A stretch of DNA of 64,000 bases from Polyangiales bacterium. GTDB taxonomy: Bacteria > Myxococcota_A > Polyangia > Polyangiales > Polyangiaceae. This document shows positions 40,731-49,165 of the stretch, one piece after another. The stretch spans positions 32,001-96,000 of the forward strand of contig JBBRLQ010000008.1 of assembly GCA_038231275.1 (NCBI GenBank), written 5' to 3'. Numbering within the stretch: position 1 is the first letter of the stretch; each line of letters begins with the position of its first letter. Both the position numbers and the translations under genes were made by a program. Below the pieces are notes generated by a model. The model searched no databases and was not told the DNA's origin. It saw nothing but the letters and a program-made list of their open reading frames with translations.

Positions 40731-42838
40731 CGGATGGGAATCTTGCGCTCGCTTCCGCGAAGCGGCGCAGGCGAGGTCGACGTGAAGACGTTCCACCGGT
40801 GCGATCGCAGGACCTCGCACGAGAGGCCGAGGAACAAGGCGCGCAGCACCTCCTCGGGATCCGCCTCGCCGGCGCTCGACATCTGCGCGACGATGCGCGG
40901 CAACGTCGATTTCCCGTCGACCGACAGGAGCACGTTGGCCTCGCGCTCGGGGAGTCGGAACGTCTCGATGCGCACCGGCAGCGGCACCACCGGCTCGATG
41001 ATCTCCTCCTCGAGCGGGCTCAGGATGGCCTCGAGCTCGGCCGCCGGGTAGTTCTCGCGCACGCCGCGCGCGATGAGCTCGAACGGATCGACGCCGAGGG
41101 GGAACGTCTCCTCGTGCGAGCGGACGCCGCGCACGAAGCCGATTTCTCCGCGACGCCACCCGAAGATCTCGACGTAGCGGATCTGCGTCTGCTCGTGGAT
41201 CGCGCGAAAGAGCTCGATCGGGCGCAGGACGCCGAGGCCGACCAGCGCGTCGCCGAGCCGCCCGCCGAAGCGCGGGAGCATCGCGAGCGCCATGTCGACC
41301 TCCATGCGCAGCACCTGCCCGCGCGCGATGAGGTGCTCTCCCAAGAGCTCGCTCTTCTCGGTCGACGCGACGAACTCCGGCACGCCGTCGACGATGTAGA
41401 TCTTCTTTCGCTTCGCGCCGTCGTTCAGCGCGAGCAGGCCGGTCTCGCGTTTCACCGCCACCTGGAAGAGGCGCGACGGCAAGAGGACGCGATCGATCGG
41501 GCCGCGATCGAGCACGTCCTTGGGCATGCCCGGTTCCCACCGGAGCGCGGGGCTCGTGACGAAGCGATGGAGCTCTGGGAACGCGCTGGGACGCTTGTAC
41601 TCCGCCGATTCGCGCGAGATGCGCGTGCCGTCGAAGATGCGGCCCGTCGCGAAGAGCTCGACGAGGCGCGGGTACCCGAGCGGACCGAGCTCGGTGCCGT
41701 CGGTGAGGCGGACGCGGTAAATGTTGGGCGCGACCTCGCGCGTCGAGGGCGGCGCCTCGTCTTCGTCGTCCCCTTCCCCGCCGCCATGGTGCGCGCCGTC
41801 CGGCGCCGACTCACGCAAAGATTGGCGCTCGGCGGCCTCAATGTCGATCGGCGCGGTGAGCCGCTCGCAGGTGTCCTCCTCGTCGGACGTGTCGGAGTTC
41901 GGCGTGAGTCCGAGGCGCTCCACCCACGCGGCGAGCTTGGCCGGCCCCACCTGCATGCGCCGACGCCGGATCACCTCCTCGATGGCCTCGGCGAACGCCG
42001 CGGCCGACGAGTAGCGGAGCGCGGGATCTTTCGCGAGCGCGCGGAAGAGGAGCTGGCGCACGTCGTCGGGGACGGTGACGTTACCGCGCTCGAGGGCGCT
42101 GATGTCGGCGTCGCGAATGCGGAAGAGAACGTCGAGCTCGGTGCCGCCGGAGAAGAGCGGGCGGATCGTGACGAGCTCCGCGAGGACGATGCCGACCGTG
42201 AACAGATCGCTGCGCGCGTCGAGCTCGCGGCCGGTGACCTGCTCGGGGGACATGTACCCGAGCTTTCCCTTGAGCTGCCCCGCCTCGGTGCGCCGCTCGG
42301 TCTCCGCCGCGCGGAAAATGCCGAAGTCGGTGAGCTTCACCGCGCCGCTGCGATCGATGAGCACGTTGCCCGGCGACACGTCGCGGTGCACGAGCGAGAA
42401 GAGGCGACCCTCTTCGTCCCGCAGGTTGTGCGCGTAGTCGAGGCCGCGGAGAACGCTGAGCGCGACGTGGAGCGACACGTCGAGCGGGATCTCTTCCCCG
42501 CGCGCGGCGGCCGCACGAATGAGGCGCGCTCCGGTCGTGCCCTCCACGTACTCCATCGCCATGTAGAGCTCGCCGTCCTGCTCGCCGAAATCGAACACCT
42601 GCACGATGTTCGGATGACTCAAGCGCGCGCACACGCGGGCCTCGTCGACGAACATCGCGAGGAAATCGGAGTCGCGCGCGAGCTGCGGGATGATGCGCTT
42701 TACCGCGACAATCTTCTGGAATCCGTGCGGACCGCCGCGCCGCGCGAGGTACACCTCCGCCATGCCTCCGGTCGCGATACGCTGAACCAGCTCGTACGGA
42801 CCGAGGCGCACCGGGGCGGGGTGCGTGGATGCGCTCAT
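40727..42838 (-). CDS. Ser/Thr protein kinase with C-terminal DUF4388-like domain
   Basis: GGMAEVY, VAVK, HRDVSPGN, DFG, YMSPE; C-terminal ETGLL...LLGEHL...RLGDALV. Confidence 0.92.
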   Translation of the reverse strand: MSASTHPAPVRLGPYELVQRIATGGMAEVYLARRGGPHGFQKIVAVKRIIPQLARDSDFLAMFVDEARVCARLSHPNIVQVFDFGEQDGELYMAMEYVEGTTGARLIRAAAARGEEIPLDVSLHVALSVLRGLDYAHNLRDEEGRLFSLVHRDVSPGNVLIDRSGAVKLTDFGIFRAAETERRTEAGQLKGKLGYMSPEQVTGRELDARSDLFTVGIVLAELVTIRPLFSGGTELDVLFRIRDADISALERGNVTVPDDVRQLLFRALAKDPALRYSSAAAFAEAIEEVIRRRRMQVGPAKLAAWVERLGLTPNSDTSDEEDTCERLTAPIDIEAAERQSLRESAPDGAHHGGGEGDDEDEAPPSTREVAPNIYRVRLTDGTELGPLGYPRLVELFATGRIFDGTRISRESAEYKRPSAFPELHRFVTSPALRWEPGMPKDVLDRGPIDRVLLPSRLFQVAVKRETGLLALNDGAKRKKIYIVDGVPEFVASTEKSELLGEHLIARGQVLRMEVDMALAMLPRFGGRLGDALVGLGVLRPIELFRAIHEQTQIRYVEIFGWRRGEIGFVRGVRSHEETFPLGVDPFELIARGVRENYPAAELEAILSPLEEEIIEPVVPLPVRIETFRLPEREANVLLSVDGKSTLPRIVAQMSSAGEADPEEVLRALFLGLSCEVLRSHRWNVFTSTSPAPLRGSERKIPIR

Positions 42839-42987
42839 CGGGACTCCGAAAGGCTACCATCCCCGCCGCCTCGGGGGGTCAGAAGCGGACCGGCATCGTA
42901 CATGAGGCCTGAAGTCGCCCCACGTGGGACATCCGCGCGCGCAGGTTCCTCGACTCGTCGATTTTGTTGTAGAAAGCGCGAACGGCA

Positions 42988-44013
42988 ATGGCGTCCACGT
43001 CGAAGAAGCTGGCCGAGGCCCACAAGCGCCAGGAGGTCGTCGCGGTGACCGGCGCGGCGTCGTTCCTGGGGGCGAACCTCATCGGCCTGCTGGAGGAGGA
43101 CGATCGGGCGGGGCGGATCGTCGCCGTCGACATCAAGGCACCCCTCACCGCCGGCAAGAAGACGCGGACCTACGAGGTCGACTTCACCCAGCCGACCACC
43201 GAGGCGCGCCTCGCCGAGATCCTGGTCGCGGAGCGTGCCACCACCGTCGTGCACCTCGCGTTTCTGTCGTCGCCGTCGCACGCGAGCGCGTGGGCGCACG
43301 AGCTCGAGAGCGTCGGCACGCGCCACGTCCTCGTCGCGGCGCGCCACGCGCAGGTCCGCAAGCTCGTGATGTGGTCGCAGACGCTCCTCTACGGCGCCGA
43401 TCCGTCGAACCCGAATTTCATCTCGGAGCGCCAACCCCTCCGCGCCGCGCCGGGAGAGTCGTACTTCCGCGACAAGATCGAGGCCGAGCAAGAGGCGGAG
43501 AAATTCGGCCAGCGCGCGCAAGGGAGCATCGTGACGATCCTGCGCACTGCGCCGATCCTCGGGCCCACCGTGCACAACTACGTCACGCGCTACCTCTCGC
43601 AGAAGCTCGTGCCGACGATGATGGGGTTCGATCCGCTCCTGCAGTTCGTTCACGAGATCGACGCGATCGCCGCGTTCAAGCTCGCCGTCGATCGCGATCT
43701 GCCCGGCACGTACAACATCGTCGGCGACGGCGTCTTGCCGCTCTCGACGGTCATCAAGCTCGCCGGGCGCATCGCCGTGCCCATCCCCCACCCCCTCGCC
43801 GAGTCGCTCTGCGCGATGGGCTGGATCGCGCAGCTCGCCGAGGCGCCGCCGGCGTTCCTCAAGTACCTGCGCTTCCTCTGCGTGGCCGACGGCGCGAAGG
43901 CGCGCGACAAGATGGGGTTCCGCGCGGCCTACACGACGCGCGAGGCGCTCATCGATTTCACGAGCGCGCAGCGCCTGCGCGACGTGAAGCTGCTGCAGGA
44001 GACCCCGGCATGA
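42988..44013 (+). CDS. NAD-dependent epimerase/dehydratase family protein
   Basis: VAVTGAASFLG Rossmann motif, VVHLAF, YFRDK, LQFVHEID. Confidence 0.85.
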   Translation: MASTSKKLAEAHKRQEVVAVTGAASFLGANLIGLLEEDDRAGRIVAVDIKAPLTAGKKTRTYEVDFTQPTTEARLAEILVAERATTVVHLAFLSSPSHASAWAHELESVGTRHVLVAARHAQVRKLVMWSQTLLYGADPSNPNFISERQPLRAAPGESYFRDKIEAEQEAEKFGQRAQGSIVTILRTAPILGPTVHNYVTRYLSQKLVPTMMGFDPLLQFVHEIDAIAAFKLAVDRDLPGTYNIVGDGVLPLSTVIKLAGRIAVPIPHPLAESLCAMGWIAQLAEAPPAFLKYLRFLCVADGAKARDKMGFRAAYTTREALIDFTSAQRLRDVKLLQETPA

Positions 44014-45512
44014 GCGGCGACGAGAAGTCCGGAAAGCCTGGAAAAGCCGGCAAATCGGGCAAGACGAAGAAGCCGCGGCCCTCGAAGGAGGCGCGCCCCA
44101 CCAAGGAAGCGACGCCGCTGGCGAAGAAGCCCGCGGCCGCAGTAACCGCGCCAACCACGAAGCGATCCGGCGCCGTGAGCGCTTCCCAGGTGCGCGCCGA
44201 CCTGCCGCCCGACGTGCCGAGCGCGGCCGATTCGCTCGCCGCCGCGAAGGCGTTCCTCATCGGGGCGCCGGCGAAGAAGAGCGCTCCCAAGAAGCCGCCG
44301 CGCGCCGCTGCACCGAAGATGGCGACACCGAAGACGATCGAGGTCGCGGAGGATCCCGAGAGCGACGAGCTCGATCGGATGGAGACGATTCCGGTGCCGC
44401 GCGTCGAGAAGACGCCGGAGGTCGACTCCGCCGCGCCGACCCCGCTCATTCCGCGCGACGCGCCTTCCGGGGAGCGCATCGCCGACGAGATCCGTGCGCT
44501 CGAGGAGCGCCTCGATCGGATGATCGACGAAGCCTCGCAGCGTCACCTCCCCACCGCCGACGTCCCGCCGACCCCGCCGCCGCCCTCGTATTCGCCTCCG
44601 TCGATCCCGCCGCCGGCCGCCTCGTCGCGCGCGGTCGACGGCGCCGGCGAGACCGTCTTCGACACCGCGCGCGAGCTCCTCTCGACGGACTTTTACCTCC
44701 GCAAGTGGGGGCGCATGGGCATGCGCAACCGCTCGGAGGAGGTCGACGACTTCGGCTTCGATCCCGTCTACGAGCACAAGGTCCGCGGCGCGTTCAATTT
44801 CTTGTACGAGAAATATTTCCGCGTCGAGTGCGAGGGCATCGACAAGATCCCCGCCGAAGGGCGCTGCCTCCTCGTGTCGAACCACTCGGGCACGCTCCCG
44901 TTCGACGGGATCATGCTGAAGACCGCGGTGAAGCGCGAGCACCCGAAGCAGCGCGACGTGCGGTGGCTCGCCGAGGATTTCATCTTCCACTTCCCGTTCC
45001 TGGGCGCGTTCTCGAACCGCGTCGGCGCCGTGCGCGCGTGCCAGGAGAACGCCGAGCGGCTGCTTCGCCAGGAGGCGCTCGTCGCTGTTTTTCCCGAGGG
45101 CGTGAAGGGAATCGGCAAGCTCTGGAAGCAGCGCTACCAGCTCCAGCGCTTCGGCCGCGGCGGCTTCATCAAGCTGTGCCTTCGGACGCAGACGCCGATC
45201 GTTCCGGTGGCCGTGGTCGGCGCGGAGGAGACGAACCCGCTTCTTTTCCGTGTGGAAGTGCTCTCGAAGGTGCTCGGCTTGCCGTACCTGCCGGTGACGC
45301 CGACGTTTCCCGCGCTCGGCCTCCTCGGCCTGGCACCGGCGCCGACGAAGTGGCGCATCCTGTTCGGGGACGTCATCACGCTCGATGGCTACGGCGCCGA
45401 GGCGGCGGACGACGAGATCCTGGTGGGACGCCTCGCGGAGCGCGTGCGCGCGACGATCCAGGCGATGCTCGACCGCGCCGTCGGCGAGCGACGGAGCGTC
45501 TGGTTCGGCTGA
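44010..45512 (+). CDS. Phospholipid/glycerol acyltransferase with long disordered N-terminus
   Basis: NHSGTLPFD, FPEG, FGRGGF, PIVPV; Lys/Pro-rich N-terminal extension; ATGA overlap. Confidence 0.85.
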   Translation: MSGDEKSGKPGKAGKSGKTKKPRPSKEARPTKEATPLAKKPAAAVTAPTTKRSGAVSASQVRADLPPDVPSAADSLAAAKAFLIGAPAKKSAPKKPPRAAAPKMATPKTIEVAEDPESDELDRMETIPVPRVEKTPEVDSAAPTPLIPRDAPSGERIADEIRALEERLDRMIDEASQRHLPTADVPPTPPPPSYSPPSIPPPAASSRAVDGAGETVFDTARELLSTDFYLRKWGRMGMRNRSEEVDDFGFDPVYEHKVRGAFNFLYEKYFRVECEGIDKIPAEGRCLLVSNHSGTLPFDGIMLKTAVKREHPKQRDVRWLAEDFIFHFPFLGAFSNRVGAVRACQENAERLLRQEALVAVFPEGVKGIGKLWKQRYQLQRFGRGGFIKLCLRTQTPIVPVAVVGAEETNPLLFRVEVLSKVLGLPYLPVTPTFPALGLLGLAPAPTKWRILFGDVITLDGYGAEAADDEILVGRLAERVRATIQAMLDRAVGERRSVWFG

Positions 45513-45528
45513 GAGGTATGCTGATCGC

Positions 45529-46458
45529 GTGGCAACGACGCCCGTGGGAGTCCTCGTCATCGACAAGCCGCGCGGGCCGACCAGCCACGACGTGGTCGCG
45601 CGCCTGCGCAAGAAGCTCCACACGCGCGAGATCGGGCACGCGGGCACGCTCGATCCGATGGCCACCGGCGTCCTCGTCCTCGCGATCGGCGAGGCCACGA
45701 AGCTCGCGCCGTACCTGACCGCCGCCGACAAGCGCTACGAGGCGACGCTCGCGCTCGGCGTCGAGACCGACACCCTCGACGCAGAGGGTCGCGAGGTCGC
45801 GCGCGTGCCGATCTCCGACGGGACGCGCATGGCGCTCGAGCGAATTCGTTCGGGCGAGGTGCCGGCGGAGCTCCTTGGCGCGATCGGCGTCGAGGCAGCG
45901 CGCACGAGCCAAATCCCGCCGGCGTTCAGCGCGATCAAGCAAGACGGCGAGGCCTCGTACGCGAAGGCGCGCCGCGGCGAGGCGACGGTCCACGAGGCGC
46001 GGCCTGTGCGCGTGCACGCGATCAAGCTGCTCGACGGAGGTGTGGAGCCCTCGCCGTACCTGGCGATCGCGCTGCACGTGAGCAAGGGCTACTACGTCCG
46101 CTCGCTCGCGCGCGACATCGCCGCCGGCCTCGGGACCGTCGCGCACCTGACGGCGCTCCGCCGCACCGCGTCCGGAAATTTCACGCTCGCCGAAGCGCTC
46201 CCGCTCGATACTTCCGGCGAGGAGCTCGAGGCGCGCATCATCCCGCTCGCACGCGCCGCCGAGCGCGCGCTCCCGCACGTCGTGCTCACCGATCACGCGG
46301 TCCGCGAGGCCCGCTTCGGGCGCCCGGTGCCGCTGGAAGACGGAACGGACCTGCCCGCCGGCCCCCACGCCTGGTTCGACGCCGGAGGCAGGTTGGTGGC
46401 GATCGGAGAGCGCGATCCGGAAGGCGTAGGCCACGTTCTCCGCGGATTTCAGCCCTAA
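45529..46458 (+). CDS. truB: tRNA pseudouridine(55) synthase TruB
   Basis: DKPRGPTSHDVV, GHAGTLDPMATG, PPAFSAIK, SKGYYVRSL, LRRT. Confidence 0.96.
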   Translation: MATTPVGVLVIDKPRGPTSHDVVARLRKKLHTREIGHAGTLDPMATGVLVLAIGEATKLAPYLTAADKRYEATLALGVETDTLDAEGREVARVPISDGTRMALERIRSGEVPAELLGAIGVEAARTSQIPPAFSAIKQDGEASYAKARRGEATVHEARPVRVHAIKLLDGGVEPSPYLAIALHVSKGYYVRSLARDIAAGLGTVAHLTALRRTASGNFTLAEALPLDTSGEELEARIIPLARAAERALPHVVLTDHAVREARFGRPVPLEDGTDLPAGPHAWFDAGGRLVAIGERDPEGVGHVLRGFQP

Positions 46459-46573
46459 ATCAGGTTCAAAAGGGTCTACCCAAACTTTCTCTGCTACTGG
46501 GCAGCCCTGCCGTGTGTCTCCCTCATGCCACGTCGCAACGCTTGCGACTGAGCTTACTCGCAAGGAGACGATC

Positions 46574-46993
46574 ATGGTCTTTGTGTCCACCATCATTGGT
46601 GTTTTGGGCGGCATTCTCGCGATGTCGTCGCTCTTCGTCGGGCGCTCGGCCCAGGCCGCGGCGCAGCTGGAGAAGCTGGCCAAGTATCAAGGCTGGATTG
46701 GCCTCACGATGTTCGGTTGGGGTGTGTGGGAGCTGATTGAGACGGTTCTCGGGATGGGCCTGCTCGGCCAGCGTCCGATCCTCTGGATTTTCTGGCTCGC
46801 GATGGCCGTCGCCGATTTCTCGGTCGGCCTCATCCTCGGCTTCGGGCTCATCGCCACGTACGCGCTGCGCGGCAACGCGACGGCGATCGAGAAGGGCAAC
46901 CGCCTGCGCGCGGGCCTCGTGAAGTTCCAGGTGCCGCTCGGCATCCTCGCGATCGTCACGTCGCTCGGCTACACGGCGTTCAACTTCGTCTGA
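46574..46993 (+). CDS. Hypothetical membrane protein (about 4 TM)
   Basis: AAGGAG RBS; four hydrophobic segments. Confidence 0.7.
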   Translation: MVFVSTIIGVLGGILAMSSLFVGRSAQAAAQLEKLAKYQGWIGLTMFGWGVWELIETVLGMGLLGQRPILWIFWLAMAVADFSVGLILGFGLIATYALRGNATAIEKGNRLRAGLVKFQVPLGILAIVTSLGYTAFNFV

Positions 46994-47015
46994 TCGCTCT
47001 CGAGACGGGGCGACT

Positions 47016-47807
47016 TCAGCCCAGGAACGCGCGGAGCGAGACGTCCATCTGGCTCTCGATGAGCCTGAGGATGCTGTCGAGCTCGTTGCGATCGACGCGG
47101 AGGCGAGCCCCGAGCTCCCTCCGCGTCTCCTTGGCGAGACCCGCGCGCGCGCCCTCCATCCACCGCACCACCGTGATGCGGTGGACCTGGTAGATGCCGC
47201 CGATCGCCTCCATCGTGAGGCCGTCGAGGTAGTGCTGCCGGAGGAGGTTTCGCGGGCGCGCGTCGAGCGCGCCGAGCGCGGCGGTGAAGGCCTCGCGAAA
47301 CTCGGTGCGGTATTTCTTCTTCAGGTGATCGATCTCGAGATCACCGGATGCGCGCTCGGCGAGGGCGCGGTTCTCGTCGAGCGCGACCTCGTGCTTCTTT
47401 CCGCGCTCGAGGTTCAGCGCGACGCGGACGGCGGCGACGCGCAGCCAGCCCGAGAGGCCACCGCGACCCGTGAAATCCCCTATTTTTACCCGCCCCGTCG
47501 CGTCGGGGACGAGGAGCTTGTCGCGGAGGTGCTGGACGATTTCGGCGGCGTCGTTGCGATGGCGGGCCGGAAGAGCGTGAACGACGCGCGTGAGGTACTC
47601 GGCGTCGAGCGCGCGCAAGGCCGCGACGTCCCCCTGCACGCACGCGAACGAGAGGGCGAGATCGCCTGCGTGGTCGGGCGACGCTTCGAGGCGCTCCGGC
47701 CGCTCCTGCAGGTACGCGGCGAACGCCGCATCGTCGAGGGCGAGAGCAGGGCGCGCGGCGCGGGCCGCCTCGCAGATCTTTTGGGCTCGGGTGGCCGCGG
47801 CGTCCAT
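47016..47807 (-). CDS. Myxococcales-type sigma-70/ECF-like factor (paralog of 20476-21321)
   Basis: DLALSFAC, FTGRGGLSGWLRVAAVR, DGLTMEAIGGIYQVHRITVVRW, SILRLIESQ; aligns by eye with the first copy. Confidence 0.8.
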   Translation of the reverse strand: MDAAATRAQKICEAARAARPALALDDAAFAAYLQERPERLEASPDHAGDLALSFACVQGDVAALRALDAEYLTRVVHALPARHRNDAAEIVQHLRDKLLVPDATGRVKIGDFTGRGGLSGWLRVAAVRVALNLERGKKHEVALDENRALAERASGDLEIDHLKKKYRTEFREAFTAALGALDARPRNLLRQHYLDGLTMEAIGGIYQVHRITVVRWMEGARAGLAKETRRELGARLRVDRNELDSILRLIESQMDVSLRAFLG

Positions 47808-47844
47808 CCGGTGTCCATCGTAGCGTACGGAAGGACGGGGAGCG

Positions 47845-48009
47845 ATGAACTGTCTCGACGACGAGACCGTCCTCGCGCTGCTCGACGGGCAGCTGGGGGA
47901 CGCGAGGCTGCGTGACGTCGACGGTCACATCGACGGATGCCCGACGTGCCGGCGCCTGCTTTCGAGCCTGGCCGAAGACACGCCGGACGAGGAGCCCGCA
48001 TCCACCTGA
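47845..48009 (+). CDS. Stand-alone zinc-binding anti-sigma (ZAS, zf-HC2-like) peptide, 54 aa (not in ORF track)
   Basis: Translated by hand: MNCLDDETVLALLDGQLGDARLRDVDGHIDGCPTCRRLLSSLAEDTPDEEPAST*; GGGGAG just upstream; similar to the N-terminus of kinase 18832-20457. Confidence 0.75.
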   Translation: MNCLDDETVLALLDGQLGDARLRDVDGHIDGCPTCRRLLSSLAEDTPDEEPAST

Positions 48010-48017
48010 GTCGGCGC

Positions 48018-49070
48018 CTACTTCTTCGCGATCTTCGCGAGGAGATCTTTGGCCGCGCCGGCCTTGGCCCCGGTGGGCGCGAGCTTCAAGTAGGTCTCGA
48101 GCTCGGTCTTCGCGTCTTTCGTCGCGCCGGCCTGGAGCTTCATCGCGCCGAGCCAGTAGTGACCGAGCGCGTAGTTCGGCTCCTTGGTCACTGCGGCCTG
48201 GAAGTCGGCGGTCGCGCCCGTCTTGTCCTTCGACGCGAGCTTGCAGAGCCCGCGCTCGGTGCGAAGCTCGGCGGCGTCCTTCAGCGCGATCGCCTTGTCG
48301 AACGTCGGCACGCACTCGTTCACTGCGCGGAGCAAGAGGAAGGAGTGACCGATCGTCGCGAGCATCGAGACGTCCCCCTCGGCGAGGCCGCGCGCGGTCT
48401 TCAGCTTCGCGACGGCCTGATCGGTCTGTCCCCACTCGGCGAGGCGATCGGCGTACGTGACGAGCGGCATCGCCTGCTTCGGCGCGAGGCGCGCGGCGTC
48501 GTCGAACTCCTTCGCGCTGCCGGCCTGATCTTTTTTTCCGGCGAGCGCGACGGCGAGGTTCAAGTGGAGGAGCGCGTTGTCCTTGTGCTTGTCGAGCGCG
48601 GCGCGGCACGTCTTCTCCGCGTCTTCCCAGCGCTGCGCGTCGAGCTGGAGGGCGCCGAGGTTCACTGCCGCCACTTCGTGATCGGGCTTTGCCTTGAGGG
48701 CGTCCTTGTAGGCCTTCTCGGCGCCGGCTTTGTCGCCGAGGCCTTCGAGCGCCATCGCGAGGAGAGCGAGCGCGTCGCCGTCCTTCGGGTTCTTCTTGAG
48801 CGCGCTCTCCGCGAAGCCCTTGGCGCCGGCGGCGTCGCCTGCTTCGAGCGCCTTGGTCCCTTTTGCGACGTCGGCGGAGAGCGCGGCATCGGGCGCCGGC
48901 GTGGGATCGGGAGGCGTGTCCGTCTTGGGACCACCGAGGCCGCTCATCGACGGCGGCAGGCGCGGCGGCGAGGTCGGTCCGGAAGGATCAGGCCCGTCGG
49001 CGGGCTTCGGTCCTCCTCCACACGCACCGAGAAGAAGCGCCGACGCGACGATCGCTCTCTTGAATCCCAT
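48018..49070 (-). CDS. TPR-repeat lipoprotein
   Basis: LLGAC lipobox, Pro-rich linker, multiple TPR repeats. Confidence 0.85.
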   Translation of the reverse strand: MGFKRAIVASALLLGACGGGPKPADGPDPSGPTSPPRLPPSMSGLGGPKTDTPPDPTPAPDAALSADVAKGTKALEAGDAAGAKGFAESALKKNPKDGDALALLAMALEGLGDKAGAEKAYKDALKAKPDHEVAAVNLGALQLDAQRWEDAEKTCRAALDKHKDNALLHLNLAVALAGKKDQAGSAKEFDDAARLAPKQAMPLVTYADRLAEWGQTDQAVAKLKTARGLAEGDVSMLATIGHSFLLLRAVNECVPTFDKAIALKDAAELRTERGLCKLASKDKTGATADFQAAVTKEPNYALGHYWLGAMKLQAGATKDAKTELETYLKLAPTGAKAGAAKDLLAKIAKK

Positions 49071-49165
49071 GGCGCGCATCCTCCCGCGCTTGGACCCGCC
49101 GATCCACTCCTACTTTGGGCTCAATTTCCCTGGGTTTCGGCGCGATGGCCGACGCGCTCGAAATT

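Noticed and set aside
42988-45512. Epimerase + acyltransferase as the missing reductase/ceramide synthase for the lipid cluster
   Set aside because: They lie 32 kb away, and this pair is a common independent unit; there is no sequence evidence of linkage.
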